64,000 nucleotides of DNA from positions 6,014,001 to 6,078,000 of the forward strand of contig OZ024762.1 in the NCBI GenBank assembly GCA_964016885.1. Reading direction: 5' to 3'. The translations under genes were made by a program, and so were the position numbers. Positions 12,891 through 25,567 of the stretch are shown piece after piece. Numbering within the stretch: position 1 is the stretch's first letter; every line of letters starts with the position of its first letter. The DNA is from Eledone cirrhosa (taxonomy: Eukaryota). A model generated the notes under the pieces. It ran no database searches. It worked only from the letters and a program-made list of their open reading frames with translations, and was not told where the DNA came from.

Positions 12891-12989
12891 ATTAGATGCC
12901 TGTAATATTGATTTACTGTGCCTCTGTGAAAGCATCTCTAGAGCAGTCAGAGCTTGCTCAGCAACATCCATACACTGGATCACTTGTAA
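12891..12989 (-). CDS. TRIP12: TRIP12 exon ([33 protein letters not shown])
   Basis: gacag/gtaaga; 99 nt. Confidence 0.97.
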
Positions 12990-13549
12990 CTGTCAAACAA
13001 ATAAGAAAAATAGAAATATACATTTGGACAGAGAGGCTCTGGTGTTTACAGCTACTCCCTAACTCTTTTCATACCAAACCTCCCGATCACCCCACCCCAG
13101 TGTTATGAAACAAAGCTCAGTGTTAAACTATTTACATTTATCTGAAAAAAATATTTTCAATACCTCCCATTATAATTTTATGTAAGAACCTTTAAGTTAT
13201 TCTCCAAACAATAGCTCAATAATGAGAAAGAAAGTTATATGAATTTCTTCCAAATTCTTGTATATATTTTCAAAATTATTTGAAAATCATTAGGAATATG
13301 GTAAAATTATGATCTAAAAAAAAACAAAAAAAAAACAGCTTTATCAACAAGATTATAAATCTCTTCCAAATTTTGATTAATCTCAAAATGATTTGAAAAT
13401 TATAGGTAGTGTCTTTCATTAGAAATATGGTAACAAATGGGTTAAAATGGGCAGTTTTGTTTTATAGAACCAGGAATGATAGCAAAAACATTAATATGAA
13501 ACATGAAATTGTTTCATCAATTCACAAATTCATTGTATGAACAACTTAC

Positions 13550-13747
13550 TTTCTCTAAAAACACAGGTACAGCCTCCACAACAACAGCTGAAGAGCGTGG
13601 TAGTGCCTCCATCATGTAGGTAAGGGCTCGACAAGCATGGTTCATCATATCGAAGTTATGGTCCATTTGCAACAATGTTATCAAAGCAGGAACAACTTGT
13701 TTCACAGGAAAACCTGCCAATGTGTCTTCATTGCCCATCACAAGAAG
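13550..13747 (-). CDS. TRIP12: TRIP12 exon, ARM repeats ([66 protein letters not shown])
   Basis: Diagnostic TRIP12/Ufd4 sequence; ttctag/gtaagt; 198 nt. Confidence 0.98.
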
Positions 13748-15262
13748 CTAGAAGAAAAAATAAAAAGACAAGAAATAGAAATTGGAAGCTTATCCTACAA
13801 GGTCTTGTTAAAGCTTACACCTATGTAGGCTTAGCAGACCTCCTACATGGTTCATTGCATAGGTTTCTTGGATGTTTTAAAGTTAGGAATCCGAGTCTTA
13901 TGTTATAGCTCACACCTGCAGGTCATCGCATAGGAGGTTTGGGGGGGAGGGTAAAAGATAGGGGGTCCCTGTCCAAACATGCTAGAAAAATGAAATACTG
14001 ATAACCGTTTATAACTTTAAAACAAAGAATTGTTCCATAAAATTAGCTAACACAAATTTTACTGCAAATTCGATAAATTTGTGTGAGTGTTTGTCTGTAT
14101 CTATATAAAACAAGAGTAAACAGTTGAAAGATGAACTGAGTAAAGTTAAGTGAGTAAATTGACAAGCTGAATGTGGCTCAGTGAAGAGACTGAATGATTT
14201 ATTATATGGAGTTGCACAGGGCATTTAAATAATAGACAAGAGTGATGAAGAATTTGAAGTCTTTTAATGTCTTAAATTTCTTCATCTCGCCTCAAGTGGA
14301 ACCAAACCGTCCAACCCATGCTAGCGTGGAAGATGGACGTTAAACAATGATGATATATCATCATCATCGTTTAACATCCATTTATCATGTTAACATGGGT
14401 TAGACGGGTCGTCCCATTTGAGGTAAGTTGGGTCAGGTCTTACTCATATAGAACTGTTTCTGGCTAGGTTTCTACAGCTGGATGCCCTTCCTAACGCCAA
14501 CCACATTAACAGTGTGCAATGGCTGCTTTTTGTCACGACTTCTACATGACCACTTTACAGTATGGACTGGGTGCTTTTTCTTATAACTCCTACACAACCA
14601 CTTTGCAGTGTGGGCTGGGTGAATTTGTCGTGAATCCTAGACGACCATGTTACAGTGTGGGCTGGATATGTTCTGTTCACAGTATAAGGGTGGTGTAGAC
14701 AGGAGTAGATGGGTAAGTGGGGGATACAGTGGTTAAGAGGTGCCTACTAGGTGTATGTTTGAGTCTGTGATATGGAAAGGTGTCTTCTGTATTACTGCGT
14801 AACACCAAAGATCTCAATCCCGTGCCATTGTCTTTGAGAGGTTCAGTTGCACAAGGTCAGCTTTTATCACCTTGTCCCAGGTTTTCCTACTCCAAGGCTT
14901 CCATCAATTTTGATCGCCCACCACCTTTTTATATAGCTGTCATCCTTCATACACATGACGATACCAATGCAATCTCCTCTCTAGCCATAGTGCATCTGAT
15001 CCCTCTTATACCTAATTTCTCTCCTAGTTCATTTACACTTTGTCATTCATGTATATTACTATTATACATCCATCATTTCTTTCCAGTCTTCACAGGTCCT
15101 CTGCACACACTGCCCAGATCTCACTACTATGTAACATTGCTCTTCTTATACATGCATCATACAATCTGCCCTTCATTTTAAGGAAAAAAACCCTTTACCA
15201 ATATCTCTCTATGTCTATATATCTCTGGGTCTATCCCTAGATCCATCTCTGTACCTCTAGAT

Positions 15263-15461
15263 CAGTGATTCTCAACCAGTGTGCCGCAAAATTTTGAACG
15301 GCACACTAAGAAAATGCGATTTGTATGCCGTCTATGACTTGCCATGTTTTATTTTGTAAAATTCAAATGTTCTTCATATATATTTAGCCAGGTATGCCGC
15401 TATTTTTTCATGTGTTCCAAGGTGTACCGTTGGCAAAAAAAAAAAAGGTTGAGAACCACTG
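15263..15461. mobile_element. hAT (Charlie-like) MITE
   Basis: TIR cagtgattctcaacc / ggttgagaaccactg; perfect 8-bp TSD ctctagat (15255-62, 15462-69). Confidence 0.92.
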
Positions 15462-15740
15462 CTCTAGATCCATCTCTATATCTCTAGATCTCTAAATCTA
15501 TCTCTAGATCTCTAAATCTCTAAATCTATCTCTAGATCTCTAAATCTCTAAATCTATCTCTAGATCTCTAAATCTATCTCTAGATCTCTAAATCTATCTC
15601 TAGATCTCTAAATCTATCTCTAGATCTCTAAATCTCTTGACCTCTAGATCTCTAAATCTCTTGACCTCTAGATCTCTATATCTCTTGACCTCTATATCTC
15701 TATACCTCTATATCTCTAGATCTATCTATATATCTATACT
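15462..15740. repeat. Minisatellite of tctctagatctctaaatcta-like units
   Basis: Direct inspection. Confidence 0.9.
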
Positions 15741-15984
15741 ATTATCACATGAAAAGTTTATTTAAGCATATAATTTCTGCTTTCACCCATAACCACTCTG
15801 GATTTTGGTATTTGTATTCTTAGTATTGAGAGAGAGTAACTTATAAATATTTAAAATGTCAGTGGGCTTTATCTAATTAAACTGTAATTTCCAGGGAGGT
15901 AGAGAGAGAGAGAGAAAGAGAGAGAGAGGGAGGGGGGGGGGTATGGATCAGCTTGTAAAGAAATAAAAATATATAAAAGATTAC

Positions 15985-16070
15985 CTGACACATTTCTATA
16001 ACAGCTGTCAGCTGCTGGCCTTCATCATTAACAGCTTGAAGGCCTTGTAATAACTGTTGCACTTTGTTCA
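15985..16070 (-). CDS. TRIP12: TRIP12 exon, start of ARM region (MNKVQQLLQGLQAVNDEGQQLTAVIEMCQ)
   Basis: tcctag/gtaatc; 86 nt; phase 1 to 0. Confidence 0.97.
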
Positions 16071-16382
16071 CTAGGAAATAAACAAACTATGTCACTGAAT
16101 GGGACAAAAACATTGGTACAAACACACAAAATTGAACAACATATATATATTGGCTGACTAAACATTTTTTGGGGGGTGGGGGGGTATTTTTACTTTTCTT
16201 GTTCTTGTTTTATCTTCTATTTCTTCTATCGCTCACTAACCTCTGAAGGACTAATGTTTAAAACGTTGAGACTTTTCCTTCTATCTCAAGCATTAAACTT
16301 AATATAGATCATCAGTGTACTGTATTGTTCTCCTGTGTTGCAAGCAGGGAAAGCGGCGAGTATTAAAATGACAATGATCTTT

Positions 16383-16413
<31 letters not shown>

Positions 16414-17758
16414 ATATAGTGGGTTTTGAAGTTGTTGAAGTTATATGGTGTGTAAAAACCTTTGTTTCTAATGAAAATAACTAAATATTTGGAGGGATTT
16501 AGTAATATAACTTTCTTATTAAGCTGGTGCTTGTAGCATAACTTAAGTTTTCAAAATTATGATGGAAGATTGTTAGATAAATATAAGCACTTTAAAACAA
16601 ACAGTTTTGTAACATACAAGGGTTGGTTTCATGTAGTTTGTTATAAGAAGTGTTGATATGCGAGAAAGTTTATAGAAATATTTTAAAACAATTTTGTATA
16701 GTAGAACATAGGGCGTTTTGAGGTGATTTGGTATCAAGTATATTAGAATATGTTCGAAGGTTTTTAGATAAACTTTAAAACAGTTTTGTATCATAAAACA
16801 AAGGATGGTTTCAGGCAGTTTGGTATCAAAAGTGTTATAAGTTTTTCTTTTTTGCCCTCTACAAAATAATGATCTTTGGCAATGCATCAGAAATTAAAAT
16901 GTTTTTATCTGGCTGAAATAATATATTGGAATAAGAATGTCTGGAGAACAGAAAATATGAGAAAGCTTAACAGCAAACCATGCAACAACAACAGCAGCAG
17001 CAAAGCCAATTTACAAAGCAGATGTGAAAATGTGTGACTTATGTTATTTCACTTCTGTATGGAAGTAGATTTCCCCAATAACTATTTGCATATGTTAACA
17101 CTTTGCTCATGTACTAGTGATATTTTTTAGCAGGATTTTTCTATCCAGATGCCTTTCCTAACACCAACCACTTTACAGCCTTGACAGGGTTTATTTTGAG
17201 CTGCCAGCACTAGAAAGGCTGTCTATTAGGACTAACAGACCTCTCTACTCTGTAATAGTTTTTATTTAGAGTGACTGCTCTTCTAGATGACTCAACTTTG
17301 CTATAGATTATAGATTCCATGTCTAGTCCACAATGATTTAAAAAAAATAAAAATTCAAACAATACTAGAATTATTATCACTAATGCAGTTGTAGCAATGC
17401 TAACATGAGATGTATCATATCTTAGGAATTTTAAATCTGTCAGAGCTCATCCCTCTCCAGGTTTGACCATAGCCAATTTCTTAGCAAAAGTAGAGAGAGA
17501 AACCACCCCGTATTTTGTTTATTGACCCCCTCCAAAAGGATGAAAAGTAAAGTTGGCCTCTGCAGGATTTGAATTCAAATTGCAGTGAACTGGAAAAAAT
17601 TAGACATTTTGTCCTACGCTCTGACAACCACCAATTTGTCCTCTTCTACTGGTTTTCCTTTTGCAGTCCATCTATTTCCTTTATACAATTTTAATATCTG
17701 GGGTCAGATCCAAAGACATTACACGTAAACATTTATAAAACAGAGATAGACATTAAAG

Positions 17759-18086
17759 AAGGGCTTCTCAAACCTTTTAACCCCTTGTTTGGGGTGAATA
17801 GAAATTTATTTTCTATTCACCCAAACAAATTAATCCAGTTAAATGACTAGTTCATTTTAAACAGTTCATTCATGTACGACATATCTCTCGGGGCCATCAC
17901 ACCCAATGAAGCAGTGTCTGCTGGCATCTAGTCTACACGAGTCAGCGATTTCTGTTCTGTTATAACGAGATTAATAAATGCAAACAAATACCTTGCCTCC
18001 TGAGGACCTATAAGCTTTTATTCACACCTGCCAAAATGTTATTTACCCCCTCCCCCCCACTATACGGACCACTTTGAAAAGGCCTA
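17759..18086. mobile_element. hAT-like MITE
   Basis: Degenerate TIR agggcttctcaaa / tttgaaaaggcct; near-TSD cattaaag / aattaaag. Confidence 0.65.
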
Positions 18087-18210
18087 AATTAAAGGTAAAT
18101 ATGAAACCAACAATACTGGGGTACATAGTATATTCTATAATTTGTAACCTAGTCTAGCTAAAAACCTTAACAAATACAGACTACAGAAACAATACTATAA
18201 CGTAACTTAC

Positions 18211-18306
18211 TGGTGCCCCCCGCCATTGTTCTGTGCAGTAGTTGATGCATGCGTGGACCGAGGGCTCCAAAGAGATGGGATGGTAAGCCACGCGCTTCTA
18301 ACAATG
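18211..18306 (-). CDS. TRIP12: TRIP12 exon ([32 protein letters not shown])
   Basis: ttgcag/gtaagt; close to vertebrate [20 protein letters not shown]; 96 nt. Confidence 0.97.
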
Positions 18307-18400
18307 CTGCAAATAAAAATAAAAATTAATAAAAACATGAGAAATGAAAAAATAAAATGAGCGTTTTTCTTTTTTTTTTCTTTTCTTTTTAAACCCATAA

Positions 18401-18593
18401 CATCCTGTAATGATTTAGCAGAAAATATCTCAAACTGGATTCATTAATTCAAATGTTTATAGTATCTTTACTAGTAGACAGATCATTGTGAACATTTGTA
18501 GTGTTAAAGACTAATTTGTAATGTGATGGAGTTATAGTGCTGCTTTGTATCTAAAGAAGGCTTGGCTAATGTGGTTTCATGTGGTACAGGACG
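18401..18593. mobile_element. TTAA-flanked MITE family C (other copies ~25695-25883, 32284-32474, 34625-34825, 47519-47690)
   Basis: TIR CATCCTGTA...TACAGGA(C/T)G followed by TTAA; about 195 bp; shared internal tccactagtaaagatacta. Confidence 0.8.
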
Positions 18594-19299
18594 TTAAGAA
18601 TTAAACTGTTCCAAATGATTTTGGAATAACCAAATACAAAAATGATAAAGAAAAGCATGAACACATTAGGTATACATTAATAAATTAACTGGTTTGTTAC
18701 TTCCATATGATAGAGGCCCCTGTCGTTAAAACACTCTAGAAACCTACGAGATGCAACTTTATTGGAGACCAGTTAGACATATGTAGATGTGAGTTGTAAT
18801 AACATAAGATTGAGCCCCTTATCATTAAAACAACCAAGAAACTCCTTATGAGATTCAATCTTGTAGGAAGCCAGCTACAAATGCATAGGTGTGAGCTGTA
18901 ACAATAACCCGAGAAATCTTCTGTGTGACAACTTTATAGGAAGCCATATAAAGCTATAAAATTGTGAGCTGTAACAGCATGTCTGTGAATGATAGTTGAA
19001 CTAACATTAAAACACCTGAAAAACATCCTATGAGGTGAAACTTCATGAGGTAAGCTAAACCTACATTTAGATGCGAGCTATAACAATTGTGTGCAATGAT
19101 AGTACTGAAGCTCCTATCATTAAAACACCTGAGAAACATCCTATGAGATGTGACTGCGTAGGAGGCCAGCTAAACTTACATATAGGTGAGCTGTAAATTT
19201 GATTCATACATATTTCAGTTTAAAAGAGACATGCCAGAATACTGCAGATGAATGTTTTAAATAATATTGCTTGTTTTAAAAGGCAAACAACTAAAAACA

Positions 19300-19336
<37 letters not shown>

Positions 19337-21041
19337 AAATAACCTAAAGAAAGAAAGTCATTAAAAAACCTAAAGTACAAATTGCCACTTGAACAAAAGA
19401 GATGCTAAATCATTGCTATTGTCATTGCAAGTACATCAACTGAAATAATTACAGAAACATTGAAGCTAAATAAAAGAATAACTTCTACATGGGAGCTGAT
19501 TAAAGCCACATACACACACATACACTCGCACAAACACTAGGTTCTTACATAATATTATGATAGTAATTTTACATGGATGTAAAATCACAGGTTAATAGTT
19601 TGTTACCATATTTCTAATGAAAAATACTGCTTATAATTTTCAAATAATTTCGAATGCAATCGAGAATTTGGAAGGATTTAGTAATATAACATTTTCAAGC
19701 TGGTGTTTGAGACAGCAAAGCTTCTGACATAATATTATAGGTGTTTTAGATAAATATGTTACCACATTTTTAATGAAAGAGTGCCTATGATTTTTAAATA
19801 ATTTTGAAAGAGTAATATAACTCATTTTTAAGTTGGTGTTTGGGACATAACAAAAAGGTTCTTACATAACATAAGATTTTTACATGAAATTATGATTGAA
19901 GGTTTTAAATATCAAGCTTGTATTTGGAATGTAACAAAAGCTCTTACATAAAATTATGGTGGTAAGTTTTTAGATAAGTATAAAGACAAACTGGTATTTG
20001 GGACATATAGCATTTTAAAATAAATTTATGTTAGACACAGGATTGGGGTCTGGTTGCGGTTGTAGTCACTGCAGATAAGTACTGTTTATTATTATACAGA
20101 AACTGCATAATACGACAGGTGCAGCTTGAAAATGCTTCCCCCAGATTGGTATTTAGAGCAGGTTGATGTTTAGGTTTATGGAGTGAGGTAGGAATTATGG
20201 ATGATGCCTACAATCTAATATAGACAGTTTGTATTGGCATTGTTTTACTGAGTGTATTACTTGTGAGTTTGGCATTCAATGGTCTTATCCTTGGGGTGTT
20301 TTGTTTATTGTTGGCTTTGTTTTCTGAGTGTATTATTTATGCACTGGGACATTCAGTAATTACTTTGCATTTGTTCAAGATGTATCAACATTCAGATTGA
20401 GGTGCTTGACAGTTTTATTTACTTATTTACATAAACACAAAGCTCATGTTTGGGACATAACTATAGTGAAAGGTTTTAAAAACAGTTTTCTCTCATAAAA
20501 CCAGGGGCAGTTTCATCAAATCCAACCAAATTCAAATTTGCCTTTTATTCTTTTGTTTTCCAGTGGTGGTAGCCTGGTGGAATTATTAAAGCATCAGACA
20601 TGGTGCCTTTTGGTATCTTATGGCTCTATATTCTGAGCTCAAGTCCTGCACCCTATCACCAGAAAAATGGTTATGCTTCTGCCAATGCATATTAGAAATG
20701 GAAATACTGATGAAGTCTCCTTGATCCAAACTGGAGACTCAGCCCTTTTCCATTTTAAGTATATAATTCAACTAACCAGTTCCAAAGACTAATTTGAAGA
20801 TTTTCTTTCATTAAAAATACAAAAAGAAAATATTTCAATCTCTCTATAAATGACAAAGATGTGTTTGTATCTGGTTAAGAATAAGTACACTGTACCCCGT
20901 GTGGTGTAAGTAGTGATTAAAAGGATTGGTGCTGGAAAGAGCATCCATTTGTAAAACATTACTTCAAAAAGGAGCCCATGATGAACATGAAATTTTCACC
21001 TAATCCACCCCTCATATGCGAAGGTTAACCTCATGCTTTAC

Positions 21042-21076
21042 CTGGGGATAATGGCATTAAAATGCTCATTGCGCTG
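21042..21076 (-). other. Candidate 35-nt poison micro-exon
   Basis: tttttcctcttcaatttcatttatag|cag acceptor (NAGNAG), CAG|gtaaag donor, in-frame TGA at the fourth codon (GCA GCG CAA TGA). Confidence 0.35.
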
Positions 21077-22134
21077 CTATAAATGAAATTGAAGAGGAAA
21101 AAATACTTTTGTAAACCAACGGAACAGTCAACACCACGTTGTAAATATCCTTGAATTTTTTCATGACCCAAAAAATATTTAAAAAAAAATTTTTTTAGAA
21201 ACCCTTTCTTTATCATATTTATTATGAAAGACACTGCTTGTGATTTTTAAATAATCCTGAAAATAATCAAGACATAATTAAGTTGGTGTTTGGAACAAGC
21301 TTAAAGGTTCTTGTATAAAAATTATAATGGAAGATTTTCAAAAACATTTTTAAATGTATCATAGAACGGGTTAATGTATATTTTCTTCCTACAGTGTTCC
21401 AAGAGAAAAACAAAAACCTGTAATTTTTTTTCAAAACAGGCTGTAGAAGTTGTAAGGTAAGAGTTTGGTGTTAAGTGTCTGTAGATGAAATTATGCAGCG
21501 TCTGTATGTGAGGTTAAACAACTTATGTATTTCTTTAGAAACAGTAAGAAATGAGTTAAATTTGTTTCAATTTATTTTGAAAATAATCAAGAATTTAAAG
21601 CAATTTAGTAATATAGCATAACTTTTTCATTTTTCAACTCATGTTTAGAACATTAAGTTTCTGACATAAAATTATGATTAATATGAAAAGTTTTGTATCC
21701 TAGAATTGTGGGTGATTTCAGAAGGTTAGTGGCCAGCAGCCACTAATTTTCTGCTCCTAATAGTATTTTACCCAATTTTCTAATATTATCATTATAGCGA
21801 TCCTGTATTTGGATATCAACATTTTCATATATCGGTGTGTGTGCGTGTCTTTGCTGTGGAACTGTTTTCAGGTATTACTAAATTACTCCAAATTCTTGAT
21901 TATTTTCAAATTATTTGAAAGCCATAAGCAGTGTCTTTCATTAGAAATTAGAAACAAAGGGGTTGATTGTCTACAGTATACATTAAAATATCTATTTCAT
22001 ATTTCTGATAGATAACAAACCCTACACGATTCTGAATACGCTATTAGCAATAGATGTTAAAAGCAGAATAATATAATTGCTGTTAGCAGCAGCGACAGGT
22101 TTTTAAAAAAAGCTGGGAACATTTTCTGGTTTAC

Positions 22135-22209
22135 CTTGTAATCTTCCCATGTCAGATTCCTCAGATTCACTCTCAGAAGTCATTGCAGTGGCACCAGCAG
22201 AACTTGATG
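22135..22209 (-). CDS. TRIP12: TRIP12 exon (ASSSAGATAMTSESESEESDMGRLQ)
   Basis: ttctag acceptor, gtaaac donor; matches the conserved ESESDDSEMGRLQ motif; 75 nt. Confidence 0.95.
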
Positions 22210-23039
22210 CTAGAAATAAATAACTTAAACATTCATTCTATATTCACTATATGGCTCCTTCTGTGTAGCTTTAATCTGTTTATCATCATCATCATGTAGC
22301 ATTTCCTCAGACAATGCTGATAAATATACTTCTCCACTTGTCCCTATCTAGCATGGCCTCCGCGAGTTCATTCAAACCTGCTCCAGAAGAATAGCATGAG
22401 GCTGACCACTTGGTCTTCTACCATATATGGGTTCCCATAGAAGTAACTGGTGTAATGCCTCTACCTGATCTCTTTGCCACACACAACATCTGTAATCAGT
22501 CTCAGGTCACCATATATCCCTCCAAGATACATTTTGCATTTTTCTCAACAAGCATGTATAATATAGAAATATAGTAAACTTTCCATTGTTGAATTTTTAC
22601 ATTTTAAGTATCCTCTATATCTGGTAAGAAGACAGAGCCAACAGAGATACACCAGGTGACAGTAAATCTTAGCATTGCTGCCCCAGTGATAAGTACTCAG
22701 ACAGAGTAGGAGAGCATTCTCTTGTGTGGACTTACCTATAGCTAAGGACTATACCTTAAGGTCACACATACTTTTTTTAATCATTAGTTTTTATTCTTTA
22801 ACATTAAATCATCCAAAATTATATATATCATTCTTTATCATTAACATAAAAAATGATATTTTTTTTTTGAGAAGGGCTTCAGTAAGTGAAAGTCTGACAC
22901 TGGTGGAAGCCCGTGTGTAGGCCACATCGTGGTCCTAGTGGGAGGATTGGAAGGGAGATAAGCTAGAATAGCCATTCCAACTGTCAGGACTCGCTCCTGC
23001 AGATATCCAACTCTGCCCCCAATAGTAGTAATTAGGGAT

Positions 23040-23625
23040 GTGGTTTGGGGGTCAAGAAACCTGAAAGTTTCCTACTTTGAAGGATACACTTTTGCAATCC
23101 AAGAACAGGAAATCAACACGAAATACCCGATTCACAAAAGAGATAGGGATGCAGGCAAAACACCTAAATGTGACAAGTGCAGACTCTGCAGAATTAACAT
23201 CAAAGATATCACTCATGTCATAAGCAGCTGTCCAAAGATGTCATTGCAGTACTATCTACCTACGAGGCATGATGTGGTGGCCAAAACACTGTACAATGCA
23301 ATCCGTAGAAAAGACAGCCCCGATAATAAAGATTAAAAGCTACAGCAATATGGAAGACATACATATAAATAATATGAAAGAGTACTGGAGGAATGTTCCA
23401 GTAAAAACCTCAATAAAATGCAGGCATAACAGACCAGATATAATGATATGGGACAGGGAAAAGAAGGCATGCACATTAGTGGAAGTTAGCTGCCCAGCAG
23501 ATGCCAATATCAAAGATCAGCGAAAAGGAGAATATCTATGCAGAACTAATGAGAAATCTGCCGATACTCTCCCGACTATATCTTCAGATTTATGCCTGTG
23601 ATTATTGGGGCATTGAGATATGTTA
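23040..23625 (+). mobile_element. R4/Dong-like non-LTR retrotransposon fragment (CCHC knuckle plus restriction-like endonuclease)
   Basis: AIQEQEINTKY, CRLC...HVISSC, RHDVVAK, HNRPDIMIWD, EVSCP; frameshifted. Related 3'-end debris at ~11580-12240 (+) and ~20040-20450 (-). Confidence 0.8.
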
Positions 23626-25280
23626 GATACAAAGCATATGCACATATATAACTTAAAACATACACATCCACATATACAATAACATCTATACATGCATGCA
23701 TGCATATCTACCTAGCTGATATGTAAATTCCAATGAGAGAGTCTTGTATCTGTTAGAAACTGACTCTCTATTGGCAAAATTTGTGAAATTATAAAACCAG
23801 AAGAACACACACACAATAAGATAAAGGGAGCAGTGTGGGACTGTGTCCTGAATATATTTTTTTATCCTATTAGTAAAATAAGTTGGATTACTTTGAATAG
23901 ATAATGAATGAATATTACATAATTTATGTACTAAATTTTGTAACTCTTGATTAAATATAAAACATTTTTTTTTGCTTATTACAAGATTCACTTAAATTTT
24001 TCAAATGTCAATACTTCCGGTTATGATGTAATGGACGCTATATCACATCACTTATATAAGGTTTATATTTCCGTTGCTAATTTTCTCCTTTTTCGTTTTC
24101 ATAAAATTTTGCTGTAATGGAGTTTATATATAATATCGTCTTTTTTAACCCTTTAATGTTCAAACCGGCCAGAATTCTCTACCTTTTTCTGTTGAAACTG
24201 GCTGTAACTGGTCACTCAAACTGATGTTAAGGTATTGTTCTCAAAATAAATACTTTCAAAATCTCAGATTCGATATTATAAAGCATTTACCATGAAAATA
24301 TAATAGTATATATAGAGTAATGTGAATGCTAAAGGGTTAAATAAATGTATCATGGATTACTTTACTGATTACAGAAGAGAGTGTAACACAGTCTCTCTTC
24401 AATAATGACTGGTGGCTCCCATCACTAAAATTCACAAGAAACTTGAACTAATTGTTGCCAACTAGATTATCATTGTTTAATGTCTATTTTCTATGTTTGC
24501 ATGGGCTAGATTGTCACGTATTAAAATTAGATATGTCAGGTGACTATATATTGCTCATTGGTTTGCTATGGCTGGACGCTCTGGAGCTTTTTCATGACAC
24601 CACCACCTTACAGGGTGGACTGGGCGTTCTTTGTTGTGGAACCAGTATAGCCATTTTACAGCATGGGCTTAGTGCTTTTTGTTTATGGTTTAGAATAGGT
24701 ACATCATACCTTTGTGCTACATGGGGAAATTAAAAAGGGTTGGCATCGGGAAGGTCATCCGACAGTAAAACATTTACTTGTATGTCCTTCCTTTGAGGAT
24801 TTGAGGGTAATTTGGCTGCTATTTTTAGCATCCAGTCCATGAGCAGTTGAGATGTGTAACAAGTAAATTTAGATGAAAACATGTTGGACTATGGTCAGTT
24901 CCAACAATCAGTGTTCTAGTCGTTTGCAAAATAGAAACACCCTACTTGTGAAATTAACGTGTAAGTGGCTAAGAATCACACACACACACAGTGTGGTTCT
25001 CAGGGAGATACAGCACAACAGTGTGTTACAAAGCTGACCTTTGATATACCTGTACAACTCGTTTGGGCCAGCTGAGTGAACTGGAGCAGTGTGAAATAAA
25101 GTGTCTAGCTAGCTCAAGGACATGACATGTTGCTGAAAAATGAACTCATAACCTCAGGACCCTAGGCTGAACACTCCAACTAAGCCATGTAGCATCATAA
25201 ATTCAAAATTTAACAAAATTGAAGTTAACAAAAAAATAAATAAATAAATATAAAACAGAAAGAAAGTAAAAAAGACATAC

Positions 25281-25567
25281 CTGTACTTGAAAATTGTACA
25301 GCATCCTCCCCATTTCTGGTTCCAGCAGTGGCACCTGCTCCACCAACCCCTCCCCCTCCACTGCCACCTCCTCCTCCACCACTGCCACAACCTCCTCCAC
25401 CTGCATTTTCTCCTGCAGTGGATCCTCCACTCGAGCCAGTATTTTCTGCACTCTGACCCTGAGACATTGGGCTGTTGGCAAGCGGTCGCGACGTCCCTCC
25501 AGCACTGCTTCCACTAGTGTGACTGCCTAAGCCTTGCCGTTTTGTTACAGCCGAGGAACGTCGACCA
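25281..25567 (-). CDS. TRIP12: TRIP12 exon, Gly/Ser-rich linker
   Basis: tttcag acceptor, GRRSSAVTKRQGLGSH...AVQFSST, G|gtatgt donor; 287 nt, phase 2 to 1. Confidence 0.9.

Noticed and set aside
22871-23060. HDV-like ribozyme at the 5' side of the R4-like fragment (related copy ~9800-9960)
   Set aside because: gcc-acatcgt-ggt only loosely resembles P3/L3, no P1/P2 partners were found and the second copy does not preserve it.
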